From contig CAZSDJ010000002.1 in the NCBI GenBank assembly GCA_964605645.1, forward strand, positions 394 through 64,393: DNA of 64,000 nt, read 5' to 3'. The stretch's first letter is position 1. Each line of letters opens with the position of its first letter. Position numbers and translations under genes: made by a program. The DNA is from an uncultured Planctomycetia bacterium (lineage in GTDB: Bacteria; Omnitrophota; Gorgyraeia; Duberdicusellales; 4484-171). Below are positions 38,411 through 47,838 of the stretch, one piece after another. The notes beneath the pieces are model-generated. The model was not told the DNA's origin, ran no database searches, and was given only the letters and a program-made list of their open reading frames with translations.

Positions 38411-39423
38411 TTATTGTTTTAAAAAAAGGCACAGAGCAGAAAGATATTGATAATTTACTTAAAAAAGTGAAGAGTTTAGGTTTGAAACCGATGGTATCTA
38501 AAGGACAAGAACGAACAATTGTAGGGGTGATCGGCCCGGAAGATGTTATCCGGCTTCAGCCACTAGAAGCTTATCCCGGTGTTGATAAAGTTATGCCGGT
38601 ATTGGCACCTTACAAATTAGTTTCTCGGGAATTTAAACAGCAAAATAGTGTGATTAAAATTAAAGATTCAGTTGAATTTGGCGCAAAAAAAATAAATATT
38701 GTTGCCGGCCCTTGTTCAATTGAGACAAAAGAATCACTGGAGGCGGTGGCAAAAAGTATAAAAATGATGGGTGGATCTTTGGTTCGGGGCGGAGCTTTTA
38801 AACCGAGAACTTCTCCCTATAGTTTTCAAGGACTGGGAGAAGAGGGTTTGAAAATTTTGCAAGGGGTATCAGAACAGTTTGATATGCCTACTGTAACTGA
38901 AGTTATGGATACCAGAGATGTTGAATTAGTGGCTCGTTATGCTGATGTATTGCAGATTGGTGCAAGAAATATGCAGAATTTTAATCTTTTGAAAGAAGTC
39001 GGCCAAACTAAAAAACCAATTATCTTAAAAAGAGGATTGTCGGCTACCGTCAAAGAACTTTTGATGAGTGCAGAATATATTTTATCCGAGGGTAATTTTA
39101 ACGTAATTTTATGTGAAAGGGGTGTTAGAACTTTTAGTGAATTTACCCGCAACACTTTAGATATAAGTGCTGTCCCGGTTATCAAGATGCTTTCACACCT
39201 TCCGGTAATTGTCGATCCTTCTCATGCTGCCGGCAAGTGGGGTTTGGTCAATCCTTTAAGTAAAGCTGCGGTGGCAGCCGGTGCCGATGGCCTTTTAGTT
39301 GAGGTTCACCCTAATCCTAAGGAAGCTTTAAGCGATGGCCCTCAGCAATTGTTGCCGGAAAATTTTAATGTTTTAGTTAAGGAAGTAAGAAAAGTCGCTG
39401 AAGCTGTGGGAAGAGAGTTATAA
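38407..39423 (+). CDS. 3-deoxy-7-phosphoheptulonate (DAHP) synthase, type I-beta with N-terminal regulatory domain
   Basis: About 80-aa N-terminal ACT/ferredoxin-like extension then KDO8P/DAHPS barrel (GPCSIE, KPRTSPYSFQG, DPSHA). Confidence 0.85.
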   Translation: MIIVLKKGTEQKDIDNLLKKVKSLGLKPMVSKGQERTIVGVIGPEDVIRLQPLEAYPGVDKVMPVLAPYKLVSREFKQQNSVIKIKDSVEFGAKKINIVAGPCSIETKESLEAVAKSIKMMGGSLVRGGAFKPRTSPYSFQGLGEEGLKILQGVSEQFDMPTVTEVMDTRDVELVARYADVLQIGARNMQNFNLLKEVGQTKKPIILKRGLSATVKELLMSAEYILSEGNFNVILCERGVRTFSEFTRNTLDISAVPVIKMLSHLPVIVDPSHAAGKWGLVNPLSKAAVAAGADGLLVEVHPNPKEALSDGPQQLLPENFNVLVKEVRKVAEAVGREL

Positions 39424-39426
39424 ATT

Positions 39427-39458
39427 AGTCCATAGTCCAAAGTCCTATGTCCAAAGTC
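39427..39458. repeat. heptamer repeat array (AGTCCNN)x4.5 after DAHP synthase stop
   Basis: agtccatagtccaaagtcctatgtccaaagtc. Overlaps the annotated tyrA 5' end, whose true start may be 39474. Confidence 0.7.
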
Positions 39459-40310
39459 AATATTAGAAATGATATGGAGTTGAAGCAAGTTAAAAAAGTT
39501 GGGGTTATCGGAGTTGGTTTAATGGGGGGCTCTTTAGCCTTGGCTCTTAAGAAAAGTTTCAATAATTTTGAGATTATAGGCCATGCCAGAAGCGATAAAA
39601 CATTTAGGCGCCTTAGAAAAGCAAAGGTCTTAGATAGGATTGAAAGGTCTGATAAAAAAATTGCTCAAGAAGCGGATATTCTAATTTTAGCTACTCCGGT
39701 GGGGATAATTATTGATCTTTTAAAGAAATTAGCTCCTCACCTTAAAAAAGGAGCAATTGTTTTTGATTTAGGAAGCAGTAAAAAAGAAATAGAAAAAATA
39801 GCTAAAAGCAATCTTTCTAAAGGAGTTTATTTTGTGGGTTGCCATCCTTTTTGCGGTTCAGAAAAAAAAGGAGTTGCCAGAGCCAGAGGGGATCTTTACC
39901 AAGATTCAATATGCTTTATAACTTCAAAAAATAAAGCAACACCGGTAGTTTCCAAAATTTGGAAAAAAATTGGTGCTATTGTTATTCAAGTAAACTCAAA
40001 AGCTCATGATAAAATTACTTGTTTTCTTTCGCACCTACCTCATCTTATTTGTTTTTCTTTGCTGAATACAGTACCGAATAATTATTTAAATTTCAGTTCG
40101 TCAGGTTTTCGTGATTTTACCAGAATCGGTTCTTCTTCCGATAGCCTTTGGACCGATATTTTTTTAACCAACAAAAAAGAAATATTAAAAAGTATAAATA
40201 AAACAAAAAAAGAAATAGGTAAATTTACTAAAGCAATTAAAACAGAAGACCGGAAAAAAATAAAAATATTAATAAAGAAAGCAAACAGAAAAAGAACTAA
40301 AGTTTTATGA
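39447..40310 (+). CDS. tyrA: prephenate dehydrogenase
   Basis: Rossmann VGVIGVGLMGGSLALAL. Alternative start 39474 (MELKQVKK) would place the heptamer repeat in the intergenic region. Confidence 0.8.
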   Translation: MSKVNIRNDMELKQVKKVGVIGVGLMGGSLALALKKSFNNFEIIGHARSDKTFRRLRKAKVLDRIERSDKKIAQEADILILATPVGIIIDLLKKLAPHLKKGAIVFDLGSSKKEIEKIAKSNLSKGVYFVGCHPFCGSEKKGVARARGDLYQDSICFITSKNKATPVVSKIWKKIGAIVIQVNSKAHDKITCFLSHLPHLICFSLLNTVPNNYLNFSSSGFRDFTRIGSSSDSLWTDIFLTNKKEILKSINKTKKEIGKFTKAIKTEDRKKIKILIKKANRKRTKVL

Positions 40311-40960
40311 TTGTAGCAATAGATGGGCCGGCAGGTTCAGGTAAAACTACTGTAGCAAGAAGGTTAGCTAAAAGATTAGGTTTTGCTTTCCTCGATACGG
40401 GGGCAACTTACCGGGCTTTAACTTATTCTGCTTTGGAAAAAAATATCAACCTGGAAGTTGAAGAAAAATTAGCTGATTTGGCAGCCAATCTCAATTTAAA
40501 GATAGAAGACAATAAAATATATCTGTACGACAATGATATCAGTAAGGAAATTCGTAAATCAAGAATTGATAAAAATATTTCAAAAATAGTTAGTTTTGAG
40601 AAAGTGCGGAAAGTGATGAGCTCACTGCAAAGGCGAGAAGCTTCCGATAAAGATTGTGTGATAGAAGGCAGGGATATTACAACTGTAGTTTTTCCCGATG
40701 CAGAATTTAAATTTTATCTGGACGCTGATCAAAAGATCCGGGCTAAAAGAAGAATCCATCAATTGTTGGAAGAAGGAGAGGCTGTAAATTCAGAAGAGGT
40801 TGAAGCCGATCTGATAAAAAGAGACAATGCAGATAAAAACCGCAAAGTAGGATCTCTTCAATTAACCAAAGAAACTCGTTATATTGATACTACAAAGTTA
40901 TTAATTCCAGAAGTTATTGAAAAGTTATACGGGATAGTTAGCCAGAGATTTCAAAAGTAA
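40307..40960 (+). CDS. cmk: cytidylate kinase
   Basis: IAIDGPAGSGKTT P-loop. 217 aa. Confidence 0.9.
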   Translation: MIVAIDGPAGSGKTTVARRLAKRLGFAFLDTGATYRALTYSALEKNINLEVEEKLADLAANLNLKIEDNKIYLYDNDISKEIRKSRIDKNISKIVSFEKVRKVMSSLQRREASDKDCVIEGRDITTVVFPDAEFKFYLDADQKIRAKRRIHQLLEEGEAVNSEEVEADLIKRDNADKNRKVGSLQLTKETRYIDTTKLLIPEVIEKLYGIVSQRFQK

Positions 40961-40996
40961 TTGAACTTGCCAATTGCTGATAAATAAGTAAAAAAG

Positions 40997-42793
40997 ATGA
41001 ATCAAATAAATAAAATTAGAAATTTTTGTATTATTGCTCATATTGATCATGGCAAATCTACTTTGGCTGATCGATTTTTAGAAATAGCCGGTACTATCGG
41101 AAAAGGTAAAATTGCTCAGCAAATGTTAGATAGCATGGAACTGGAAAGGGAAAGAGGGATAACCATCAAAGCAAAAGCAGTGCGATTGATTTACTCAGCG
41201 GGCGGGATCAGTTACATTTTAAATTTGATTGATACCCCCGGCCATGTTGATTTTAGTTATGAGGTAGCAAAATCTCTTAAAGGCTGTGAAGGAGCGATTC
41301 TTTTGGTTGATGCGGCTCAAGGGATTGAAGCTCAAACAGTAGCTAATTTTCATCTTGCTTTAGAAAGTAATTTAAAAATCATACCGGTTCTGAATAAAAT
41401 TGATTTACCGGGAGCAGATCCTGAAAAAATTTATCGGCAACTATTTGATATTTTTGGTTTTAGGCGAGAAGAGATTTTAGCAGTATCTGCCAAAGATGGA
41501 ACCGGGGTGAAACATTTGTTAAATAAAATAATTGAAGAGGTTCCATCTCCCTCTGGAAACATTAGTGATCCGGTTAAAGCCGTGCTTTTTGATTCTGCCT
41601 ACGACCTATACAAAGGAGTTATACTTTTTGTACGTGTTTTTGACGGTAAAATTAAATTAGGAGATAAAATTTTATTGATGTACCAAAACAAAGAGTACCG
41701 GGTGGAAGAAATGGGGATATTCTGTCCGGAACCGCTAAAAAAAGAAAGTCTGGCTTGCGGCCAAGTTGGTTATGTTTGTTGTAATATAAAAAATCCTAAT
41801 GAAATTGATGTAGGAGACACCATAACATTGAGTGCTAAGCCGGCTGCTACTCCTTTTGAAGGGTATAAAAAAATGTCACCTATGGTTTTTGCAGGGATTT
41901 TTCCTTCTTCTTCACAAGATTATGAGGGTTTGCGGAAAGCAATTGAAAAATTAAACCTTTCCGACTCTTCTTTTAGTTATGAGCCGGATAGTTTAGGGAG
42001 TTTAGGCTATGGTTTTCGCTGTGGTTTTTTAGGCCTTCTCCACATGGATATAGTTCAAGAAAGATTGGAAAGAGAATATAATCTGGATTTAATAGTCACA
42101 TCACCCAGTGTTAAGTATAAAATAAAACGAAAAGGAGAAACCAAAACCGAAGAAATCGAAAGTGCCCATCAATTCCCGGATCAACAAGAAGTTGAAGAAG
42201 CTTATGAACCGTATGTTTCTGCGGCGATTATGGCGCCGGTTGATTTTATTGATCCCGTCTGTGATTTGGCTAAATCAAAAAGAGGGAATTTTGTAAAAAT
42301 GGATTATTTAGGAAAAGACCGGTTGAATATTGTATTTGAAATACCATTATCGGAGATAGTTATTGATTTTTATGATAAAATAAAATCTGTTACTCGCGGC
42401 TACGGTTCCTTTGATTACCAGTTTATAGGGTACAAAAAAACAGATATTGTCCAATTAGATATTTTGTTTAATCAAAAGAAAGTGGATGCTTTTTCACTTT
42501 TAGTACATAGTAGCAAAGCCGAAAGCAAAGGTAGAGCAGTTGCGGAAAGGTTAAAAGAATTGATACCGCGTCAGATGTATGAAGTTAAAGTTCAGGCTGC
42601 AATTGGTTCAAAAATTATTGCATCCACTAAAGTTCGGGCTATGAAAAAGAATGTTACTGCCAAGTGCTACGGAGGCGATGTAACTCGAAAAAGAAAACTT
42701 TGGGAAAAGCAGAAACAAGGTAAAAAGAAAATGAAACAATTAGGCAATGTTTCTGTACCAAGGGAAGCATTTCTCGAAGTTTTAAAAATGTAG
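40997..42793 (+). CDS. lepA: translation elongation factor 4 (LepA)
   Basis: G-domain AHIDHGKST, DTPGHVDF, NKID. 598 aa with LepA C-terminal domain. Confidence 0.92.
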   Translation: MNQINKIRNFCIIAHIDHGKSTLADRFLEIAGTIGKGKIAQQMLDSMELERERGITIKAKAVRLIYSAGGISYILNLIDTPGHVDFSYEVAKSLKGCEGAILLVDAAQGIEAQTVANFHLALESNLKIIPVLNKIDLPGADPEKIYRQLFDIFGFRREEILAVSAKDGTGVKHLLNKIIEEVPSPSGNISDPVKAVLFDSAYDLYKGVILFVRVFDGKIKLGDKILLMYQNKEYRVEEMGIFCPEPLKKESLACGQVGYVCCNIKNPNEIDVGDTITLSAKPAATPFEGYKKMSPMVFAGIFPSSSQDYEGLRKAIEKLNLSDSSFSYEPDSLGSLGYGFRCGFLGLLHMDIVQERLEREYNLDLIVTSPSVKYKIKRKGETKTEEIESAHQFPDQQEVEEAYEPYVSAAIMAPVDFIDPVCDLAKSKRGNFVKMDYLGKDRLNIVFEIPLSEIVIDFYDKIKSVTRGYGSFDYQFIGYKKTDIVQLDILFNQKKVDAFSLLVHSSKAESKGRAVAERLKELIPRQMYEVKVQAAIGSKIIASTKVRAMKKNVTAKCYGGDVTRKRKLWEKQKQGKKKMKQLGNVSVPREAFLEVLKM

Positions 42794-42801
42794 GAGAAAA
42801 A

Positions 42802-43386
42802 ATGAAAAAAGGTGCATTAAGAGAGTGGATTGAATCAATAGTTGTTGCAGCGATTTTGGTAATAATTTTAAAAATGTTTTTCTTTCAAATGTATAAAATC
42901 CCTACTACTTCAATGGTTCCCACTTTGATGCCGGGAGATAAAATTTTTGTCAGTAAATTAAGTTATGGGCCAAAGCTCCCGTTTAGTTTATTGCGCTTGC
43001 CCGGATTTAGTAAGGTTAAGAGAGGAGATGTAATTGTTTTTGTTCCGCCGGATGAAGTCAATCAGCCATGGTACAGGCGGAAACCTTATATAAAAAGAGT
43101 TATTGGCTTACCGGGAGAGATGGTGCAGATAAAAAAAGGAAATATCAGGATTAATGATCAAGAAATTTTAATGCCGGAGATTGCTGCGTTTTTTTATTAT
43201 AATCAAGGCAAATACGGAGATTTAGAAAAAAAAGTAATTGTTCCCCAAGATAAATATTTTTGTTTAGGCGATAATAGCATTAGTTCCAAGGATAGCCGCT
43301 ATTGGGGGTTTGTAGATCAAGAACAAATTATTGGGGAAGCACTTTTTATTTGGTGGCCGCCAAAAAGAATCGGGATGATTGAATGA
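42802..43386 (+). CDS. lepB: signal peptidase I
   Basis: S26 motifs SMVPTLMPGD (Ser nucleophile), KRVIGLPGE, GDNSISSKDSRYWG. Immediately after lepA as in E. coli. Confidence 0.9.
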   Translation: MKKGALREWIESIVVAAILVIILKMFFFQMYKIPTTSMVPTLMPGDKIFVSKLSYGPKLPFSLLRLPGFSKVKRGDVIVFVPPDEVNQPWYRRKPYIKRVIGLPGEMVQIKKGNIRINDQEILMPEIAAFFYYNQGKYGDLEKKVIVPQDKYFCLGDNSISSKDSRYWGFVDQEQIIGEALFIWWPPKRIGMIE

Positions 43387-43700
43387 TTAAAAGTCCAAAG
43401 TCCAAAGTCCAAAGTCCAAAGTCAATAAAAGAGATTAGTTTACTTTTTATAATAGGTTTGTTTTTAATTGGTTGCATTAGAACTCAGGAATATATTTATC
43501 AAGAGGATGCTTTTAAGAAAGTTGAAGAAGTTGAAGGACAGCCGGAAGAAAAGTTAGAAATTGGCCAAGAAAAATGGATGGATATTTATTTCGAAGAAAA
43601 TAATTTTATTATGCAGTGTCCGGTTTGTATGAGAAGATATCCGGGCAATGTAGAAAAATGTCCTTATGATGGGGCAAATTTAGATAAAATTAAGGAGTAA
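43383..43700 (+). CDS. small lipoprotein with C-terminal zinc-ribbon (CPVC...CPYDG); N-terminus encoded by heptamer repeat
   Basis: Start overlaps the lepB stop (ATGA). N-terminus KSPKSKVQSPKS translates the (AAGTCC)n array. Lipobox LIGC. C-terminal CxxC-x13-CxxDG. Confidence 0.5.
   Translation: MIKSPKSKVQSPKSIKEISLLFIIGLFLIGCIRTQEYIYQEDAFKKVEEVEGQPEEKLEIGQEKWMDIYFEENNFIMQCPVCMRRYPGNVEKCPYDGANLDKIKE
43391..43423. repeat. heptamer repeat array (AAGTCCA)x4.5
   Basis: aagtccaaagtccaaagtccaaagtccaaagtc. The most regular copy of the family. Confidence 0.8.
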
Positions 43701-43723
43701 CTTTTAACCTATGAGGTGTAAAA

Positions 43724-44275
43724 ATGAGTTTTGCCGATAAGATTAGTTCGATTAGGATAATTCTTATCCCGGTTTTTGTATCATTGCTTATTTATTCCGG
43801 CAACCATCCTCAGCTGAGATATTTTGCAGTTGCAGTTTTTATCTTAGCAATTTTAACAGATTTTTTTGATGGGATGGTGGCTAGGATAAAAAAAGAAAAA
43901 TCAGAACTAGGGCAAATTATTGATCCTTTAGCAGATAAGCTCCTTCTCTTAACTGCTTTTATAACGTTATTATTGCTTAATCAATACTCCATGTATCTAT
44001 GGTTAGTTTTGATTGTAGTAAGCAGAGATTTGATTATTTCCTTTGGTTTTGGGATTTTAAAAATGCTTAATATTGAGGTAAAAATTTCTCCCTCATCTTG
44101 GGGTAAAATCACTACTTTTTCTCAAATGATTACAATTCTTTGGATTTTATTGCAAATACCTTATTATTTTTATATTTCACTGGTAGCGGCGGGTTTTACT
44201 TTAATTTCGGGATTAGATTATTTTTTAAGAGGTATAAAGGCATTAAATGCTAAAGCTAATTCTTCCCATAGCTAG
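43724..44275 (+). CDS. pgsA: CDP-alcohol phosphatidyltransferase (PgsA-like)
   Basis: DFFDGMVAR ... GQIIDPLADK signature D(x)2DG(x)2AR...G(x)3D(x)3D. Multi-TM, 183 aa. Confidence 0.75.
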   Translation: MSFADKISSIRIILIPVFVSLLIYSGNHPQLRYFAVAVFILAILTDFFDGMVARIKKEKSELGQIIDPLADKLLLLTAFITLLLLNQYSMYLWLVLIVVSRDLIISFGFGILKMLNIEVKISPSSWGKITTFSQMITILWILLQIPYYFYISLVAAGFTLISGLDYFLRGIKALNAKANSSHS

Positions 44276-44846
44276 TTTTTTATTGGGGGCTATCCCTTTC
44301 GGTTATTTAGTCTCATACTTTGTAAAAGGGGTTGATATTCGAAAATATGGTTCAGGTAATGTGGGTGCAACTAATGTTTTTCGAGTAGTAGGCGAAGGCT
44401 GGGGGATTTTAGTTTTTGTCTTAGATTTTTTAAAAGGTTTTATTGTTCTTTTTTTAACTTATCAATTAGGCAGTTTTGGGCTGTATTTTTTAATTTTAAT
44501 TGGTGTATTGGCAATTCTCGGCCACAATTGGACTCCTTTTTTACAATTTAAAGGCGGAAAAGGAGTGGCTACCAGTTTAGGGGTTTTATTTGCATTATCT
44601 TTTTCTTTTTCTTCTTTAAAAATGATTATACCGGCTGCTTTGTTAGTTTGGATTATTGCATTTTTATTGTTGCGAATTGTTTCGGCTGCATCTCTTTTAG
44701 CTAGTTTTTCTTTTTTAATTTTATCTTTATTATTAGCTGAGATAATTCAGGTAAAAATTCTAGCTGTTTTGCTTTTTTTATTTATTGTAATCAGGCATAA
44801 AAGTAATCTAAGGCGAATATTAAAAGGAAAAGAAAATAAATTTTAA
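44247..44846 (+). CDS. plsY: glycerol-3-phosphate acyltransferase PlsY
   Basis: GSGNVGATN motif. Multi-TM, 199 aa. Confidence 0.9.
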   Translation: MLKLILPIASFLLGAIPFGYLVSYFVKGVDIRKYGSGNVGATNVFRVVGEGWGILVFVLDFLKGFIVLFLTYQLGSFGLYFLILIGVLAILGHNWTPFLQFKGGKGVATSLGVLFALSFSFSSLKMIIPAALLVWIIAFLLLRIVSAASLLASFSFLILSLLLAEIIQVKILAVLLFLFIVIRHKSNLRRILKGKENKF

Positions 44847-44857
44847 TCTTGTGGAAT

Positions 44858-44886
44858 TTGACACTCTTATTTTAGAAGAGTATAAT
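44858..44886 (+). promoter_or_regulatory. consensus promoter TTGACA-17-TATAAT for recA with inverted repeat CTCTT-N7-AAGAG in spacer
   Basis: TTGACA at 44858-44863, TATAAT at 44881-44886. RBS GGAGGT precedes the ATG at 44922. Confidence 0.55.
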
Positions 44887-44921
44887 TCAAATGAAACTCA
44901 AACTTATGAATGGAGGTAACT

Positions 44922-45950
44922 ATGAGCCAGAAAAAAACCAATAATCAAGACAGTAAAAAGAAAGCACTTAATCTTGCTCTTTCACAAATTGAGAAACAAT
45001 TTGGCAAGGGGGCGATTATGAGGATGGGAGAGGGGCGCAGTTTAGATGTAGCGGTGATACCTACGGGGATATACTCTTTAGATGAAGCATTGGGTGCAGG
45101 AGGCTTGCCGCGAGGCAGAGCGATGGAGATTTACGGGCCGGAAGGCTCCGGCAAAACCACACTTACTTTAAGTATTATTGCGCAAGCCCAAACTAACGAG
45201 GGGGTTGCTGCTTTTATCGATGCTGAACATAGCTTTGACCCGAAATACGCAAAATTAATTGGATTAAATTTAGAGGATCTTTTAATTTCGCAGCCGGATA
45301 CCGGTGAACAAGCTTTAGATATAGTGGAAGCTTTAGTGCGTTCAAATGCAGTGGATATGATTGTAATTGATTCAGTAGCAGCACTTGTGCCGAAAGCTGA
45401 GATTGAAGGGCAAATGGGGGATTCTCAAATTGCCTTACAAGCTAGATTAATGAGTCAAGCTATGCGCAAACTAACTGCAGTTGTAAGTAAGTCCAAAACT
45501 TGTGTTGTTTTCATCAACCAAATTAGAGAAAAGATTGGTGTAATGTTTGGTTCGCCGGAAGTTACACCCGGAGGAAGAGCATTAAAATTTTATTCATCAG
45601 TCAGGATTGATCTTCGAAAAAGAGCAACCCTGACGACCAGCGAAGGAGTTGTCGGGATGAGGGTTAGGGCAAAAATTGTAAAAAATAAAGTCGCACCGCC
45701 GTTTCGAGAAGCAATGTTTGAAATCATGTTTGATGAAGGGGTTTCTAAAACGGGTGCATTAATTGATGCGGCGATGGAAAAAGGGATATTAACGCAATCG
45801 GGAAGCTGGTTTTCCTGGGGCGATAAAAATATTGCCCAAGGTAAAGAAAAATTACGCAAAACTCTAAAAGAAGACAAACAGTTAAAAGAAAAATTAGAAC
45901 AAGAATTAACTAAAGTGGCCACAGCCGGGAAAGAAGAAAAGGAGGCCTAA
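44922..45950 (+). CDS. recA: recombinase RecA
   Basis: Walker [10 protein letters not shown] and Walker B region. RBS-supported start MSQKK. Confidence 0.95.
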   Translation: MSQKKTNNQDSKKKALNLALSQIEKQFGKGAIMRMGEGRSLDVAVIPTGIYSLDEALGAGGLPRGRAMEIYGPEGSGKTTLTLSIIAQAQTNEGVAAFIDAEHSFDPKYAKLIGLNLEDLLISQPDTGEQALDIVEALVRSNAVDMIVIDSVAALVPKAEIEGQMGDSQIALQARLMSQAMRKLTAVVSKSKTCVVFINQIREKIGVMFGSPEVTPGGRALKFYSSVRIDLRKRATLTTSEGVVGMRVRAKIVKNKVAPPFREAMFEIMFDEGVSKTGALIDAAMEKGILTQSGSWFSWGDKNIAQGKEKLRKTLKEDKQLKEKLEQELTKVATAGKEEKEA

Positions 45951-47363
45951 ATGAAAAAAGTAATAATAACTTTAATTTTAGTACTTTGTTTTATACCGGC
46001 CGGTTTTGCGGCTAAAGTTTCTGATCTAGAAAAAGCGACTATTGAAGTCGCAGAAAGTATCGGTAAGTCAGTAGTATCGATAAGTACGGTAGTCAAAGAA
46101 AAAATCGGCGGCCAATTTTATTTTGGATCTCCTTTTGAAGGTGAAAGTAATGATCTTTTTCAGAGATTCTTTGAAGATTTTTTTCAAACGCAGCCGGAGC
46201 GAGAATACAAACGAATGGGGTTGGGCAGCGGCTTGGTAATTAAAGAGGATGGGTATATCTTAACTAATCAGCATGTTGTTTCAAGAGCAACTGACATTAA
46301 AGTAAAGTTGTCAGACGGCAGAGAATTTGATGCAGAGGTAACCGGATCTGATCCAAAAAGTGATTTAGCGGTAATAAAAATAAAAACTAAAGGCTTGCCT
46401 GTCCCCCGTTTTGGCAATTCATCTCAATTGAAAATAGGCAGCTGGGTGGTTGCAGTCGGAAATCCCTTTGGGTTTGCAATTGAAAATCCGGAACCGACAG
46501 TTACCGTAGGGGTAGTTAGTGCAGTCAAAAGATACTTACCGGCTTTAGGAAGAAGAAGCAGCGGCTATGACGACTTAATTCAAACCGATGCCGCGATTAA
46601 TCCCGGCAATAGCGGCGGCCCTCTTGTTAATTTAAGCGGAGAAGTGATTGGTATCAACGTAGCTATCCTTATCCGTACCGGCGGCAGCCAAGGGCTTGGA
46701 TTTGCAATCCCCATTGATAGGGCTAAAAAGATAATGGAAAAGTTGATTAAAGGCCAAGAGGTAACCTATGGTTGGTTAGGGGTAAGTATCCAAGATTTAA
46801 ACAAAGATCTCCGAAATTATTTTAATATCGAGAAAAAAGAAGGGGTAATCATAGTTAAAGTTTATAAAAATTCGCCGGCCGAAAAAACAGGCCTCCGGGA
46901 AGGTGATTTAATTCTAGCTTACGACAACAGTCCGGTAAAAGCAACGCGGGATTTAGTGCGGATGGTTACCGAAACAGAAGTTGGGAAAAAAGCCAACTTG
47001 TCATTTTTACGAAATGGTAAAATGAAAGATGTCCATATCATAATTGGTAAAAGGCCCGAAGATGCAGCAAGCTTAGGAAGGCCGTCTGGAGGAGGAGAAG
47101 CTAGTTTCCGGGGGATGTCGGTTAAAAATATTACTCCTGTCGTTAGTCAACACTTGCAAATTAAAGACAAAGAGGCGGTGGTCGTAATAGGTATCGAAAA
47201 CGGTTCAAGAGCAGAAGATAGCGGGTTGCAGGAAGGGGACCTGATCAAAGAAATTGAGAATAAAGAAATAAAAAATGTTGAAGATTTTAAAAAAATTACA
47301 TCAACAGTAAGAGGAAGCTGCTTGCTGAAGACAAATCGAGGCTATATAGTTTTAAAAGAATGA
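45951..47363 (+). CDS. htrA: periplasmic serine endoprotease HtrA/DegP (trypsin domain + 2 PDZ)
   Basis: Signal peptide. Catalytic triad context HVV...D...GNSGGPL. Two PDZ domains. 470 aa. Confidence 0.9.
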   Translation: MKKVIITLILVLCFIPAGFAAKVSDLEKATIEVAESIGKSVVSISTVVKEKIGGQFYFGSPFEGESNDLFQRFFEDFFQTQPEREYKRMGLGSGLVIKEDGYILTNQHVVSRATDIKVKLSDGREFDAEVTGSDPKSDLAVIKIKTKGLPVPRFGNSSQLKIGSWVVAVGNPFGFAIENPEPTVTVGVVSAVKRYLPALGRRSSGYDDLIQTDAAINPGNSGGPLVNLSGEVIGINVAILIRTGGSQGLGFAIPIDRAKKIMEKLIKGQEVTYGWLGVSIQDLNKDLRNYFNIEKKEGVIIVKVYKNSPAEKTGLREGDLILAYDNSPVKATRDLVRMVTETEVGKKANLSFLRNGKMKDVHIIIGKRPEDAASLGRPSGGGEASFRGMSVKNITPVVSQHLQIKDKEAVVVIGIENGSRAEDSGLQEGDLIKEIENKEIKNVEDFKKITSTVRGSCLLKTNRGYIVLKE

Positions 47364-47367
47364 TAAA

Positions 47368-47838
47368 TTGAAAAATTTCAGTAAGGCCTTAAGTTATTCT
47401 TTTCTTCTTCTCCGTTATCGGCCAAGAACTGAAGTTGAGATTTATAAACGTCTTAAAAATAAAAAATATCCCTGGGCAATTATCAAGGATGTAGTTGAAG
47501 TTTTAAAAAATTATAATTACATAAATGACCAAGATTTTATAAAATCTTATATAAGCAGTTCTCTAGAAAAGGGTTGGGGGCCGGTAAGGGTTAACGTTAA
47601 TTTGAAAAAAATTGGAATATCTGAAAAATTACGGGAAAAAGCCGTAAGAAAAATAGAAGCAAAAAGTAATAAATTAATAAAAAATCTTATAGATCAAAAA
47701 AAATATTCTTTAAATAAAAACCAGCCAAATTTAGATAAAAACAAAAAACAAAAAAAAATAATAAAGTTTTTAGCAAATAAGGGTTTTTACTATCGAGATA
47801 TATTTACTCATTTAGCAAATAAAAAAAATGAAAACTAA
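47368..47838 (+). CDS. recX: recombination regulator RecX
   Basis: RecX-like three-repeat helical protein (ALSYSFLLLRYRPRTEVEIYKRL, KGWGPVRVNVNLKKIGI). Between recA and alaS as in many bacteria. Confidence 0.7.
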   Translation: MKNFSKALSYSFLLLRYRPRTEVEIYKRLKNKKYPWAIIKDVVEVLKNYNYINDQDFIKSYISSSLEKGWGPVRVNVNLKKIGISEKLREKAVRKIEAKSNKLIKNLIDQKKYSLNKNQPNLDKNKKQKKIIKFLANKGFYYRDIFTHLANKKNEN

